A stretch of 63,160 bases of DNA, filler included, from an uncultured Synergistales bacterium (GTDB lineage Bacteria > Synergistota > Synergistia > Synergistales > Aminobacteriaceae), in assembly GCA_937897575.1 (NCBI GenBank). It is 4 parts of 4 records of this genome, joined end to end, with 100 filler letters (N's around TTAATTAATTAA, not from the genome) between each part and the next. Parts side by side here need not be neighbours in the genome. Positions count along the whole stretch, not along the records: positions 1 to 17,167 come from CALCQG010000146.1; 3 more parts are not named here. One strand, written 5' to 3'. Position 1 is the first letter of the stretch, and the number at the start of each line of letters is the position of its first letter. Position numbers and translations under genes: made by a program. This document shows, one piece after another, positions 1 through 9,973 of the stretch. The notes beneath the pieces were generated by a model. It was given only the letters and a program-made list of their open reading frames with translations. It was not told the DNA's origin and did not search any database.

Positions 1-1395
1 GAGGATCAGATCGGCGCACAGGAGGGCCTGGGACGCCAGGGCGGCGTTTCGGCTGTGGCACGGGACCTCCACGACGCCCTGGACGAGGTCGCACACGGAC
101 CCCATGACGTTCTGAAGGACGATGGCTGCGGCGTCGCAGGCTTGTCCAGCCGTCCCGCCGCCCGCCTCCGTCACGGCGGCGGCGCCCATGGCCCCCGCCA
201 TGCCGATCTCCACCTGACACCCCGCCACCTCGGCGGCGAAGGTGCTCTCCGTGTCGTGCCCCCATCCGACTGCGCCGGCCGCCCAGAGGGCGAGGAGCAC
301 CTCCTCCCTCGACCGCCCCATGTCCTCGAGCAGCGTGGCCGCGACGCCCGGAAGGACGCCCGCCGAGCCGCCCGTCGGCGCGGCGCACACCACGCCCCCC
401 GCCGAACTGGCGTGCATGGCCGCCAGGGCCCGTATGGCCGCCCGCGCATGAGGGCCGCCCGTGAAGAGCCGCCCCGACCGCTCGGCCTCATGGATCGACG
501 CCGCCATGGGCCGGAGAAGCCGCATGGGCGGAAGGTCGTCGGACAGACCCAGCGCCACGGAACCCAGCATGACGTCCAGGTAGCCGTCCATGGCCCTCAT
601 CGTCTCGTCCTCGCTCATGCCCAGGAGCGCCGCCTCGCAGGCGAGCCCCGCCCGGCCGAGGGAGAGGCCTTCCGCGTAGGCGAAGGCGGCCAGCTCGTCC
701 ATGGACCGGCAGATCGCCCGCCCTTTGAGGGGGAACATGACCGGGTCGGACCGAAGGACCCTTCGGACGCCCTCGTGGCTTCGGAGCGAACGCACCATCG
801 CCTCCGAAGGAGGGGTGGCCGAGGAGCCCCGGCACAGCGCCCCCTCGGGCCCGTCCGTCCGGGAGCTGCTTGCCATGCTCCTCTCCAGGAGCTCGAGGAC
901 TGCCGGTGCGGCGTCCCCGTCGCACTGGACGAGCACCTCGAAGGACTCGCCGGTGATGCGGACGGGGTAGCCGTCCAGGGAGGCGATCTCGAAGGAGCCG
1001 CCGCCCGTGGACCGGCTGTGCAGGACGATTTTCCCGCCGCGCTCGCCGGTGAGTTCGAGGAGGGCACTGTTGGGGTGGTCCGCCTCGGGGAAGGGGCGAG
1101 CTTCGAAGCGGATGTCGAGTCCCTCGCCCGGAGCCAGGCGGAGCGCATCCCCGAAATCGGAGTCCGTCAGTGACCGCCGCAGCAGCCCCGAGGCGAAGGC
1201 CAGGTCGCTTCTCTGGTCGTGATAGCAGACGGCCAGAGAGCTCGACGGGTGAAAGGCAATCGTCGCCGACCGGACATGGCCCCCGAGGAGATCGGCCGCC
1301 GTCCTGGCGATCCGCCAGGGACCGGCGGTGTGGGAGCTGGAGGGGCCTCGCATGACCGGCCCGACGACGTTGTTCAGGATGCTGACTCTTTTCAT
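1..1395 (-). CDS. Fe-S L-serine dehydratase-like protein, fused beta+alpha domains (3' end runs off the window)
   Basis: Not in the ORF track because it has no stop in the window. Manual translation from ATG 1395 (RBS GGGAGAGG) gives MKRVSILNNVVGPVMRGPSSSHTAG, later FAAEVAGCQVEIG and VMGSVCDLVQGVVEVPCHSRN. These are the SdhB GPSSSHTAG and SdhA Cys motifs. Confidence 0.9.
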   Translation of the reverse strand, partial: MKRVSILNNVVGPVMRGPSSSHTAGPWRIARTAADLLGGHVRSATIAFHPSSSLAVCYHDQRSDLAFASGLLRRSLTDSDFGDALRLAPGEGLDIRFEARPFPEADHPNSALLELTGERGGKIVLHSRSTGGGSFEIASLDGYPVRITGESFEVLVQCDGDAAPAVLELLERSMASSSRTDGPEGALCRGSSATPPSEAMVRSLRSHEGVRRVLRSDPVMFPLKGRAICRSMDELAAFAYAEGLSLGRAGLACEAALLGMSEDETMRAMDGYLDVMLGSVALGLSDDLPPMRLLRPMAASIHEAERSGRLFTGGPHARAAIRALAAMHASSAGGVVCAAPTGGSAGVLPGVAATLLEDMGRSREEVLLALWAAGAVGWGHDTESTFAAEVAGCQVEIGMAGAMGAAAVTEAGGGTAGQACDAAAIVLQNVMGSVCDLVQGVVEVPCHSRNAALASQALLCADLIL

Positions 1396-1639
1396 GGCGG
1401 CACCTCTCCCTTCGAAGGCCCCTGCGGGGCGCTTTCCCTGCCATTTTATTCTATGCCATGGGGCCGGTTCGCCACAACCGAGGAATGGATTTCGGACCGA
1501 CGGGGTTCTTTTGCAACAGAACCGTTGCGCTGCCGAAAGGTTTCCGTACCACCGAAGCGCTATGGTCCCTCTGAGGGAGGGGTATCCTCACGGCCTGCAC
1601 AGCTCTCCGTCACGGAACGGCCCGAAGGGAGGGGACGGG

Positions 1640-2710
1640 GTGAAGATCGCCATAGTCACGGACGCCTGGTACCCGCAGATCAACGGGGTGGTGAACACTC
1701 TCGTCCACACGGTGCGCTGTCTTCGCAGGCAAAACCACTCCGTTCAGGTGATCGCCCCCGAACAGTTCAGGACCATCCCCTGTCCCACGTACCCCGAGAT
1801 CCACCTGGCCGTCGACGTCTGGACTGTCGGCAAGCGTCTGGAGCAACAGAGCCCCGATGCCGTCCACATCGCGACGGAGGGGCCCCTGGGCTTCGCCGCC
1901 AGACGGTGGTGTCTCGCCAGATCCTTTCCCTTCACCACGGCCTACATGACCCGTTTTCCCGAATATATCGCCATGCGCTTCGGCCTGCCGCCCGATCTTC
2001 TGACGGGGTGCTTCAGAAGATTCCACGGCCCATCGTCGGGCGTGATGGTCTCCACCGTCTCCCTGCGCGACGAACTGGCCAGTAAGGGGTTCCGCAACCT
2101 GAAACTCTGGTCCCGGGGGGTGGACACGGAGCTGTTCGCCCCCGGCTCAGCCGACGCCCTCGAGGCGCCCCGGCCGAGGTTTCTCTACGTCGGTCGGGTG
2201 GCGGTGGAGAAGAATATCGAGGCCTTCCTGAGGCTGGACCTCCCCGGGAGCAAGATTGTCACGGGGGCCGGCCCGTCTCTCGATCACCTCAGAGCCTCCT
2301 ACCCCGACGCGCTCTTCACGGGAGCCAAAAGAGGGGAGGAGTTGGCCGCCATCTACGCGTCCTGCGACGTGTTCGTCTTCCCGAGCTGCACGGACACCTT
2401 CGGGGTCGTCATGCTCGAGGCGGCCGCCTGCGGCCTCCCCGTGGCCGCCTTCCCCGTGCAGGGGCCTCTGGATGTTGTCCGGAACGGAATGACGGGCGTG
2501 CTGGATCGGGACCTCGGAAGAGCCTGCATTGAGGCCCTCGCCATCGATAGCGAGGCGTGCAGGGCTCATGCGCTCTCCTTCTCCTGGGACGCCTGCACGG
2601 AGCAGTTTCTGGACAACCTGGCCCTGGAGGACGGTGCGGCAGTCCTCTGCGGCCGCCGGGCGAGTCAGGGCTCAGACGGAACGAGGACCGGCAGGGCCTC
2701 CTGCTTGTAA
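1640..2710 (+). CDS. Glycosyltransferase family 4 (GT-B)
   Basis: GTG 1640 after GGGAGG; KIAIVTDAWYPQINGVV, YVGRVAVEKN and FPSCTDTFGVVMLEAAACG motifs. The ORF-track start at 1328 is too long. Confidence 0.9.
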   Translation: MKIAIVTDAWYPQINGVVNTLVHTVRCLRRQNHSVQVIAPEQFRTIPCPTYPEIHLAVDVWTVGKRLEQQSPDAVHIATEGPLGFAARRWCLARSFPFTTAYMTRFPEYIAMRFGLPPDLLTGCFRRFHGPSSGVMVSTVSLRDELASKGFRNLKLWSRGVDTELFAPGSADALEAPRPRFLYVGRVAVEKNIEAFLRLDLPGSKIVTGAGPSLDHLRASYPDALFTGAKRGEELAAIYASCDVFVFPSCTDTFGVVMLEAAACGLPVAAFPVQGPLDVVRNGMTGVLDRDLGRACIEALAIDSEACRAHALSFSWDACTEQFLDNLALEDGAAVLCGRRASQGSDGTRTGRASCL

Positions 2711-3364
2711 TGGGCGGGGCACCCTTTTCCCTTGGTGAGGGCCGTGTATATCGTACCTTTAGCCTCGATCGGATGGTACTGCTCCGCGCTCCTCATGACG
2801 CGCACGCGTTTCGTGCGCTGGGGCAGATACCCCTTCGAACGCTCAGAATCCGAGGCGACGGCGTCGCGCAGGGGGACACTCCCTTTCAGCTCGAGACCAG
2901 ATCGTCCGGAGGGCAGAGCGACGTATCACAGTAAGCCACCCTGTGCATTCCTCCCGGCACCGTTGACTGGAGAAGAGCGACGCAGTATACCTGTCTTGCA
3001 GTGGGAGAAGATGCAGCCGGCGCATGGTGTTATTCCGGACTTTGAGCAGGCCAGAGCCTCCAGGGATGTCTGCGAGAAGAGGCACATCGGGATGCTTCGG
3101 ACAAGACACAACCCCGATCGGCCGGGCAGCCTGCTTCACTGTGTGGCCGTGCTGCGGAGGATAGTAACACTTCACAACCCCGTGCCGGAGCCGGGCAGGG
3201 CCGTCTCCACTCCGCCAGAGGCCGCTTTTTCCATCAGGTACTTGCAGCGATGGGAGGGCACGAAAAGCCGGAGTTCAGGGTGTTCTGTTCCGGAGCCGGG
3301 CGGGGGCGTTGTGCCGGATCCTGACGAGATGTGGACCGTTGAAGGTCTGTAACGGAAGGGTGGG

Positions 3365-4591
3365 ATGGACATGATCGGAAAAAGTTTCTCTCCGGCCATA
3401 CGGGTGATCATCCTGTTCGGCGTGATCAGCTTGCTGGGCGATATGGTCTACGAGAGCGCCCGCGGGGCCAACAGCCAATACTTCAACCTGCTGGGCGTCA
3501 GCGCGGCCCAGGTGGGGCTGGTTTTCGGCGTCGGCGAGTTCATCGGGTACTTCCTGCGCCTGCTGGCGGGCGTTGCGTCGGACAGGAGCGGCCGACACTG
3601 GCTCTTCATCTTTTCAGGATACGGCATGCTCCTCGCCGTGCCCTTCATGGGCTGGACGATGAACTGGAATATCCTCGTCGTGCTGATCCTCATGGAGCGG
3701 ATCGGGAAAGCGCTGCGGAATCCGGCCAAGGACACGATCCTGTCCGGGGTGGCAGAAAATCAGGTCGGTACGGGGTTCGCCTTCGGCCTTCAGGAGGCGT
3801 TGGATCAGATCGGTGCCCTGCTCGGGCCCCTCATCTTCACGCTGGTCTTCTCGTTCACGAAACAGAACGGACTTCCCCAGTACCAGCTGGGGTACCGGCT
3901 GCTTTTCATCCCCTTCGTCCTTCTCATGCTCTTCGTGCTGTACTCCCACCGCACGATCAAAAACAACGGCCTCGCGGCTAACATCAATCGCAGGGCCTTT
4001 CGCTCGGAGCGGCTGCAGCCGATCTTCTGGATCTACACGGCCTTCACCTTTTTTTGCACGCTGGGCTTCGTCAACTTCAGCGTCATCGGCTACCACCTGA
4101 AGGCGAATCACCTGATGTCTGACGGCCGCATCACGCTGCTCTACTCGGGGGCCATGGCTGTGGACGCCCTGGCGGCCTTGGTGATTGGTCGATGGTACGA
4201 CCGGTTGAAGGAAAAGACGGGGGTCAGGACGGGCGGGCTCGTCGTCCTGATAGGGATCCCCTTCCTCACGCTGTTGCTGCCGTTCCTGACGATCGGGCAC
4301 TCCACGGCCCTGATCGTGGCCGGCATGATGCTCTTCGGCGTCGTCATGGGGACCCATGAGGCCGTCATGCGGTCGGCCATCGCGGACATCACGCCGTTTT
4401 ACAAACGCGGGACCAGCTACGGCGTCTTCAACACGGGCTACGGTTTGGCGCTCCTGGTGGGATCGGCGCTGATGGGGTGGCTGTACGACCGGAACCAGAC
4501 GGGAATGATCATGGCCTTCGCCTGCCTTGCCGAGACAATAGCCCTTTTTCTCTATTTCAGGATGGTCCGCGAAGTGCGGGCTAAAGGGTAA
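3365..4591 (+). CDS. MFS transporter
   Basis: 408 aa with ~12 hydrophobic segments; GVASDRSGRH and ERIGKALRNPAKD motifs. Confidence 0.88.
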   Translation: MDMIGKSFSPAIRVIILFGVISLLGDMVYESARGANSQYFNLLGVSAAQVGLVFGVGEFIGYFLRLLAGVASDRSGRHWLFIFSGYGMLLAVPFMGWTMNWNILVVLILMERIGKALRNPAKDTILSGVAENQVGTGFAFGLQEALDQIGALLGPLIFTLVFSFTKQNGLPQYQLGYRLLFIPFVLLMLFVLYSHRTIKNNGLAANINRRAFRSERLQPIFWIYTAFTFFCTLGFVNFSVIGYHLKANHLMSDGRITLLYSGAMAVDALAALVIGRWYDRLKEKTGVRTGGLVVLIGIPFLTLLLPFLTIGHSTALIVAGMMLFGVVMGTHEAVMRSAIADITPFYKRGTSYGVFNTGYGLALLVGSALMGWLYDRNQTGMIMAFACLAETIALFLYFRMVREVRAKG

Positions 4592-4626
4592 GGGGCGGCA
4601 AGGCGGCTCCTGATGGTATCGTGCCC

Positions 4627-4869
4627 TCAGTCTCTGCTCTTCTTCTTTGCCGCCAGGAAAAAGAGAACCAGCACGACAGCCATGAAGAGCAAGAAGGGGA
4701 CGACCCGCTCCGTCGATCCGTCGTCGATGTCGAAGTAGAACGCTCCGCCGACGAAGAGCAGGACCGCGGAGAAACTCAGCGCCACGCCCTCCCAGCTGAT
4801 CGGTGTGTACCCCCAGCCAAGATCCCGTGTGAACAGCCCTTTCCGTCGCCGGAACCAGTACTGATTCAT
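4627..4869 (-). CDS. Small membrane protein (80 aa, two TM segments)
   Basis: ATG 4869 with GGAGGT upstream; WFRRRK...GWGYTPISWEG followed by two hydrophobic helices. Confidence 0.6.
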   Translation of the reverse strand: MNQYWFRRRKGLFTRDLGWGYTPISWEGVALSFSAVLLFVGGAFYFDIDDGSTERVVPFLLFMAVVLVLFFLAAKKKSRD

Positions 4870-5375
4870 CCCATGCCACCTCCACATTTCCCTTGATTAT
4901 GGCCGAAAGGCACCGAAGAGGCAACCAGGAAACCCGGCGACACGAGGAACACCAGAGTTGTTCTGCTGGTCAAACGTACATCGTTCATCTGAAAAAGAGT
5001 GCGAATATCTTGCCGTCGTCCAACAAGAGATCGCCGGATATGGGTTGAAGAATCACGGTGCGGGCAATTTCACGGTTGAGTTGGGTCTCGTCCAGCGATT
5101 ATGGCAATACAAAACGAGACCCCGCCCTTACCTTATTGGTTGCGATCCGCAGCGGTACAGTATGTATGGAGTTGGATAGGAAACATCCAAGTGTTGTGGG
5201 GGCTAGAGCGTACTTGTATAAACGCTGCAAGAGGCGATGGCCGTGGGAGAAACGATACGATAAGAAAGCCTTCGGGACCCCTTATTTATGTCTTAGTGAT
5301 CTTTCGTATGAGCAAGTTTTTCTGTTTTACAAGTCTTTCACATATATCTTCGAAATGAAAGACTTTGCGTATTGC

Positions 5376-5462
5376 TGGCGGAGGGCAGAGGATTCGAACC
5401 CCTGGGGCTCAACACCCAACTGATTTCAAGTCAGCCGCCATCGACCACTCGGCCAGCCCTCC
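5376..5462 (-). tRNA. tRNA-Ser (anticodon UGA)
   Basis: Minus strand GGAGGGCTGGCCGAGTGGTCGATGGCGGCTGACTTGAAATCAGT...GGTTCGAATCCTCTGCCCTCCGCCA: 7-bp acceptor stem, long variable arm, encoded CCA. TATAAT lies upstream at 5476-5481. Confidence 0.95.
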
Positions 5463-5622
5463 GCTCACGACCAGCATTATACACGCCTTCGGCCGCGAGC
5501 GCCAACCAAGTCCATGTGATGGTGGTGGCTGATTCATGAATGTGATGACAGCCATGAGTCGTTTTCTTTTCCTGAAGGAGGTCCAGGGGAGGAAAGTTAA
5601 CGAAGAGTGTGCCGCAGAATGC

Positions 5623-5652
5623 GAATGCCCCCGAGAGAATCGGGGGGCATTC
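5623..5652 (-). terminator. Hairpin downstream of dctP, probable terminator
   Basis: GAATGCCCCCG...CGGGGGGCATTC inverted repeat 30 nt after the dctP stop. Confidence 0.6.
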
Positions 5653-5682
5653 ATCGTCAGAATATCGAAGGGTTCGGTTGGT

Positions 5683-6729
5683 CTACTCGGTATATCCGAG
5701 TTTCTTTGCCTGGTCCTTGTACCCCAGTTCCCACAGGGTGGAGCGGTAGATATCGAGGAACTCCTTGCCCTCCGCGCTCTTGTTGCACTCCTCTATGACC
5801 AGCGCGTTGCCCACGTCACTGGCTTTGACTTCATCCTCAGGGCTCCAGCTCTTTATGGTGATCCCCGGGACCTCCCGCCATCTCTGCCGGGCCTTCACTT
5901 CAAGGACGTAGAGCATGGCGGCGTGATACCGCATGACGTCTCTGGCGGCAAGGAGGATGTCCTTGTTCTCCTGGGAGAGGGAGTCCCACCGGCCGGGGTT
6001 CACGAGAAGAGGCCAGTTCTCGTGGGCGCCTGTGTGGATGGCCGGGTCGATGACGTACTTCGCGACCTCGTGGAAACCCATGCGCAGGTTTTCATCCCAG
6101 AAGGTCCACTCTGCGGCGTCGATGTTCTTGGTCTGGAAGGCTGTGTAGATTTCCGGGGCGGCGAGGGAGATCGTGGTGGCTCCCAACGCCTCGTAGAATC
6201 TGGCACCGAAGCCGGCGGTGCGGACTTTCTTCCCCTTCAGGTCCTCCAAGGTGTTGATGGGGACCACCGACATAAACTGCTCCCGAATGGGGCTGATCAC
6301 GGCGTGTCCGAGATAGGTGATCCTGTGCTTCGCGTAGAGTTTGGCGAACCATGGTTCGAGTTTGTCGGCGAAGTACGCCGCTTCGGCGAAAGTCCCCAGA
6401 GGGTTTCCCGGCTGTGTGGTGAGGGTGAACAGAGGGTCTTTGCCCGTCCAGTACGCGCTGTACACGAGTCCCGCGTCCACCACTCCGTTGGCTATGGCGT
6501 CGAAGGATTCGAATACCGGGAAAAGGACGCCCCCGGCAAAGGGCTCGATGACGAACTCTCCTTTGGAGAGCGTTTTCACCGTTTCACAGAAGACCTCCGC
6601 GATGTGCTGCTGCTCCGTCCCGGGCATGGCATGGGTCACAAGGCGCCAGTTCACCTTGGCGGCCGAGGCGGATTGGATCCCCGACATGGAAAGCACGAGA
6701 ACCGCGAGAAGCACGAGGAACTTTTTCAT
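5683..6729 (-). CDS. dctP: TRAP transporter substrate-binding protein (keto-acid/TakP-like)
   Basis: Signal peptide MKKFLVLLAVLV; LEDLKGKKVRTAG, EIYTAFQTKNIDAAEW and YWTGKDP motifs. Confidence 0.9.
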   Translation of the reverse strand: MKKFLVLLAVLVLSMSGIQSASAAKVNWRLVTHAMPGTEQQHIAEVFCETVKTLSKGEFVIEPFAGGVLFPVFESFDAIANGVVDAGLVYSAYWTGKDPLFTLTTQPGNPLGTFAEAAYFADKLEPWFAKLYAKHRITYLGHAVISPIREQFMSVVPINTLEDLKGKKVRTAGFGARFYEALGATTISLAAPEIYTAFQTKNIDAAEWTFWDENLRMGFHEVAKYVIDPAIHTGAHENWPLLVNPGRWDSLSQENKDILLAARDVMRYHAAMLYVLEVKARQRWREVPGITIKSWSPEDEVKASDVGNALVIEECNKSAEGKEFLDIYRSTLWELGYKDQAKKLGYTE

Positions 6730-6825
6730 TCTACCCCTCAACTCCCTTCACGAATGAATGACTGTACCCGTCTTGCGGAAAACGCGTTGTTCCGGCATAT
6801 ACCCTCCTCTCTGTATCGGGATTTC

Positions 6826-8145
6826 CTAAACCCCTATGCCGAGGTACCTCGGCAGCCACATGACGATGGACGGGAAGAAGAAGATGATCACCACAGCGAG
6901 GATCTGCAGAAGGATGAAGGGCACGCTGGACTTGTAAATCGCTACGATGTCGATGTCGTCCGGTGCGCACCCCTTCAGATAGAAGAGGCTCAGACCGAAG
7001 GGAGGGGAGAGGTAGGCGGTCTGCAGGATGAAGTTGAAGGCGAGCCCCAACCAGAGCGGATCGAAGCTCATGCGAGTGAGTATGGGAATGATGATGGGGA
7101 CCGCCAAAAAGATGATGGCTCCCGGTTCGAGGAACATGCCGAGGACGAAGATGAACACTCCGGAGACGGCCAGCACCATGTTGGGGCCGCCGGGCATGTT
7201 CATAGCGATGTTGGCTACAAGCGTATTGCCCCCCAGTCCGGAGAACACCGAGCCGAAGGCGCCGGCGCCGATCATGGTCCACCCCACCATGGAGGAGACG
7301 CTGAGGGTCTCGTAACACGACGAATAGATGATATCCCAGGTGAGTTTTCTCTTACACAGGCCTATGAACAGGGCTCCTGCGGCGCCGAAGGCGGCCGCCT
7401 CGGTGGGGGTGGCCACCCCGTTCAGCATGGACCCGAGGACCACCAGGATCAGCACGCCGGGAAGGATGATGCCCTTGAGCGCCCGAATTTTCTCCTTGAA
7501 GGACACCTGTTCCTCGGGGGGGAGGGAGGGGCAGAAGGCGGGATTGAGGAGCCCTCGAATGAGAATATAGATGATGTAGACAAACGCCAGGAAGATGCCC
7601 CCCACGAGACCTCCGGCGAAGAGTCCCCCTATGGAGACTCCTGTGACGCATCCGTAGAGAACCATGTTCGTGCTGGGGGGAATGAGCTGTCCCAGCGTTC
7701 CTCCAGCCAGCACCGCGCCCAGGGACATCTTCTTGTCGTACCCGTGTTTGAGCATCTGAGGAAGTCCGATGAGGCCGAGACCGATGACCCCTGCGGCCAC
7801 CACTCCCGAGACGGCACCAAGAATGGCCCCAACGACGATGGTGGCGATGGCCAGGCCTCCCCGCAACTTGCCGGACCATTTGTAGATGACGTCGTACATA
7901 TCCGCAACGACGTCCGTCTTCTGCAAGATGTAGGCCATATAGATGAACAGGGGAACGGCGATGATGACAAAGTTGTTCATGGAACCCCATGCCGCGGAGA
8001 CCAGGATGTTCAGCGCTCCGGGGCCCCAGAGGAAAAAGGAGAACGCGATAGATACGGCTGCCAGGGAGAAAGCGATGGGCACTCCCGCCGCGAGAAGAAG
8101 GAAGAGGATCAGAAACATCAGAAGAGGGTATAGTTCGCGAGCCAT
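6826..8145 (-). CDS. dctM: TRAP transporter large permease
   Basis: GGTLGQLIPPS, ATPTEAAA and LSPPFG motifs. Confidence 0.93.
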   Translation of the reverse strand: MARELYPLLMFLILFLLLAAGVPIAFSLAAVSIAFSFFLWGPGALNILVSAAWGSMNNFVIIAVPLFIYMAYILQKTDVVADMYDVIYKWSGKLRGGLAIATIVVGAILGAVSGVVAAGVIGLGLIGLPQMLKHGYDKKMSLGAVLAGGTLGQLIPPSTNMVLYGCVTGVSIGGLFAGGLVGGIFLAFVYIIYILIRGLLNPAFCPSLPPEEQVSFKEKIRALKGIILPGVLILVVLGSMLNGVATPTEAAAFGAAGALFIGLCKRKLTWDIIYSSCYETLSVSSMVGWTMIGAGAFGSVFSGLGGNTLVANIAMNMPGGPNMVLAVSGVFIFVLGMFLEPGAIIFLAVPIIIPILTRMSFDPLWLGLAFNFILQTAYLSPPFGLSLFYLKGCAPDDIDIVAIYKSSVPFILLQILAVVIIFFFPSIVMWLPRYLGIGV

Positions 8146-8155
8146 GGCTGTTTCC

Positions 8156-8647
8156 TCACTGCCCCGGTTCCCGGATTTCAGGAGTCCGGGAGGGGCGTTT
8201 CAAGATGGCAATCATCATGTCCTTGAGGGCCTGCGCGGAGAGAAGGGCGCAGGAGAAGGGGATGATCCACCGGTACCACCAGACCTCGGGGTTGAAGGGC
8301 GTTTGATGGGTGGAGCGCTCCTCGATGAGGGTCGCCCGCCAGGCGGCGGGGATGCTCACCCAGAGCATCACGAGGGCGACGAAGAGTACCACCCCTTCGG
8401 AGAAGATACGCTGCAGTCTCTTTCCCTTCGGGGGAAGGTAGTGGAGTATGATGTCCACCGCCACATGCTTTTTGTCCATATGACAGTACGCCGAGCCGAG
8501 CATGAAAAAACAGCCGTACAGGAACAGGGAAATTTCAAAGCTCCATATGGGCGGCTTGTTGAGGATCAAGGACTTCAACGCGCTGTATACGATCTCGAAG
8601 ATCAAGGGCAGAATCAGAAGTGAAACGAATCTCCCAAAACGGCGCAT
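8156..8647 (-). CDS. dctQ: TRAP transporter small permease
   Basis: Four TM segments; WSFEIS...HVAVDI motif; located upstream of dctM. Confidence 0.88.
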   Translation of the reverse strand: MRRFGRFVSLLILPLIFEIVYSALKSLILNKPPIWSFEISLFLYGCFFMLGSAYCHMDKKHVAVDIILHYLPPKGKRLQRIFSEGVVLFVALVMLWVSIPAAWRATLIEERSTHQTPFNPEVWWYRWIIPFSCALLSAQALKDMMIAILKRPSRTPEIREPGQ

Positions 8648-8727
8648 GCTTTTTCTCCCTCTTTCATGTGGTTTTGCCTGTCTTCGCTCAACGGAGAACG
8701 GTTCAGTACGGACCATGTCGGAGAAGA

Positions 8728-9714
8728 TCAGATGGTGATGCCTACCCCCGCCGCCACTGCCTTCCTGTAGATGTTGCCGGCGATGACGATGTCGAGAGTG
8801 GCGAACCCCACGGCTTTGAGCACCGTGATCTGGTCTCTGGATGTCCGCCCCGGAACCCGTCCGAGGAGCAGGTCTCCGAGGTCGCCATGGATGTCGCTCC
8901 TGTTGAGTTTCCCCTCCGATATGGGGATCAGCACGTCACCCGCCTCGGAGAGGACGGCGTCCATGTTGTCGACGAACAGCCGGTTCGCCCGCAGGATAAT
9001 CGTCTCGTCCAGTTCGCGTTTATGGGGTTCGTAGCTCCCGATACCGTTGATGTGGGTCCCGGGCTGCACTCTGCCTCCGTCGAAGACGGGTTTGGCGCTC
9101 GTGGTGACGGTCGTGATGATGTCCGCGCCGTCTATGGCCGCATCGGGGGACGCGGCGGCGATGAGGGAGGCTCCGAAACGCTCCGTCAGAGGGGCCGCCG
9201 TGCGGATGAAATGGGCGACCCGGCCCGGGTCAACATCGTAGACGCGGACCTCGGCGATGGGTCGGACCGTCAGCATGGCCTCCAGCTGGGAGAACGCCTG
9301 CCCTCCCGTGCCGAAAAGAGCGCCGATTCTGGCGTCCTCACGGGCGAGGAGCTCCGTGGCGACCCCGGAGACGGCTCCGGTCCTCATGCGGGTCAGCTCC
9401 GTACCGTCCATGATGGCGTTGACCATGCCGGTTTCCGGGTCGAGAAGCACCATGGTGGCCGGGACGACAGGGAGGTCCTTGTCCCTGTTCCCCGGGAAGG
9501 TGGAGACCACTTTGCACCCCACGAGGGGAAGAGAACCCACGAAGCCGGGCATGAAGGAGGAGAGCCCCTTGCCGGGTACGGCAAAGCTGATGCGCACCGG
9601 CAGCTCGACGTTCCCCTCCGACTGGGCGATGAATGCCTCCTTGTCGGACCGTATGGCGTCCTCCATGGTCATGACGCTCCTGATATCCTCCGCGGTCAGT
9701 ATAAGCATGCTCAT
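8728..9714 (-). CDS. Ornithine cyclodeaminase/mu-crystallin family protein
   Basis: LTRMRTGAVSG, GTGGQA, HINGIGSYEPHKRELD and KAVGFATLD motifs. The true start may be ATG 9708. Confidence 0.9.
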   Translation of the reverse strand: MSMLILTAEDIRSVMTMEDAIRSDKEAFIAQSEGNVELPVRISFAVPGKGLSSFMPGFVGSLPLVGCKVVSTFPGNRDKDLPVVPATMVLLDPETGMVNAIMDGTELTRMRTGAVSGVATELLAREDARIGALFGTGGQAFSQLEAMLTVRPIAEVRVYDVDPGRVAHFIRTAAPLTERFGASLIAAASPDAAIDGADIITTVTTSAKPVFDGGRVQPGTHINGIGSYEPHKRELDETIILRANRLFVDNMDAVLSEAGDVLIPISEGKLNRSDIHGDLGDLLLGRVPGRTSRDQITVLKAVGFATLDIVIAGNIYRKAVAAGVGITI

Positions 9715-9973
9715 CCTCCTGTGTTCTCCGTTTTTTGCCTCGTCCCTTCGGACGAAGGGGATTCATACCTGGTGCGATGGGCAACGTCGTGATGTTCAGT
9801 GCAGGCACGATACGCTTTTAATAAATAATTATACTGATTCAAAAAAATTTTAATATGGTGTGGGAAAGAAGTCAAGGGGAAATATGATACACTTCGGTAC
9901 AACGGCACCTGGACACAAAACACCGACATAGTACGGTTCGGGAGGAGATTGAACTGAAAGTGGTGTTGATCAG

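Noticed and set aside
55..1444. ORF-track calls 55-1173(+) and 488-1444(-)
   Set aside because: These are shadow frames of the serine dehydratase gene.
2732..3352. 206-aa ORF between the GT4 and MFS genes
   Set aside because: No RBS, recognisable motif or typical codon bias; treated as non-coding or a remnant.
5376..5462. Possible tRNA-Sec (TTCAA visible on the plus strand)
   Set aside because: The gene is on the minus strand with anticodon TGA and a 7-bp acceptor stem, so it is tRNA-Ser.
5536..8133. 865-aa plus-strand ORF
   Set aside because: Antisense shadow of dctP/dctM in GC-rich DNA; no recognisable motifs.
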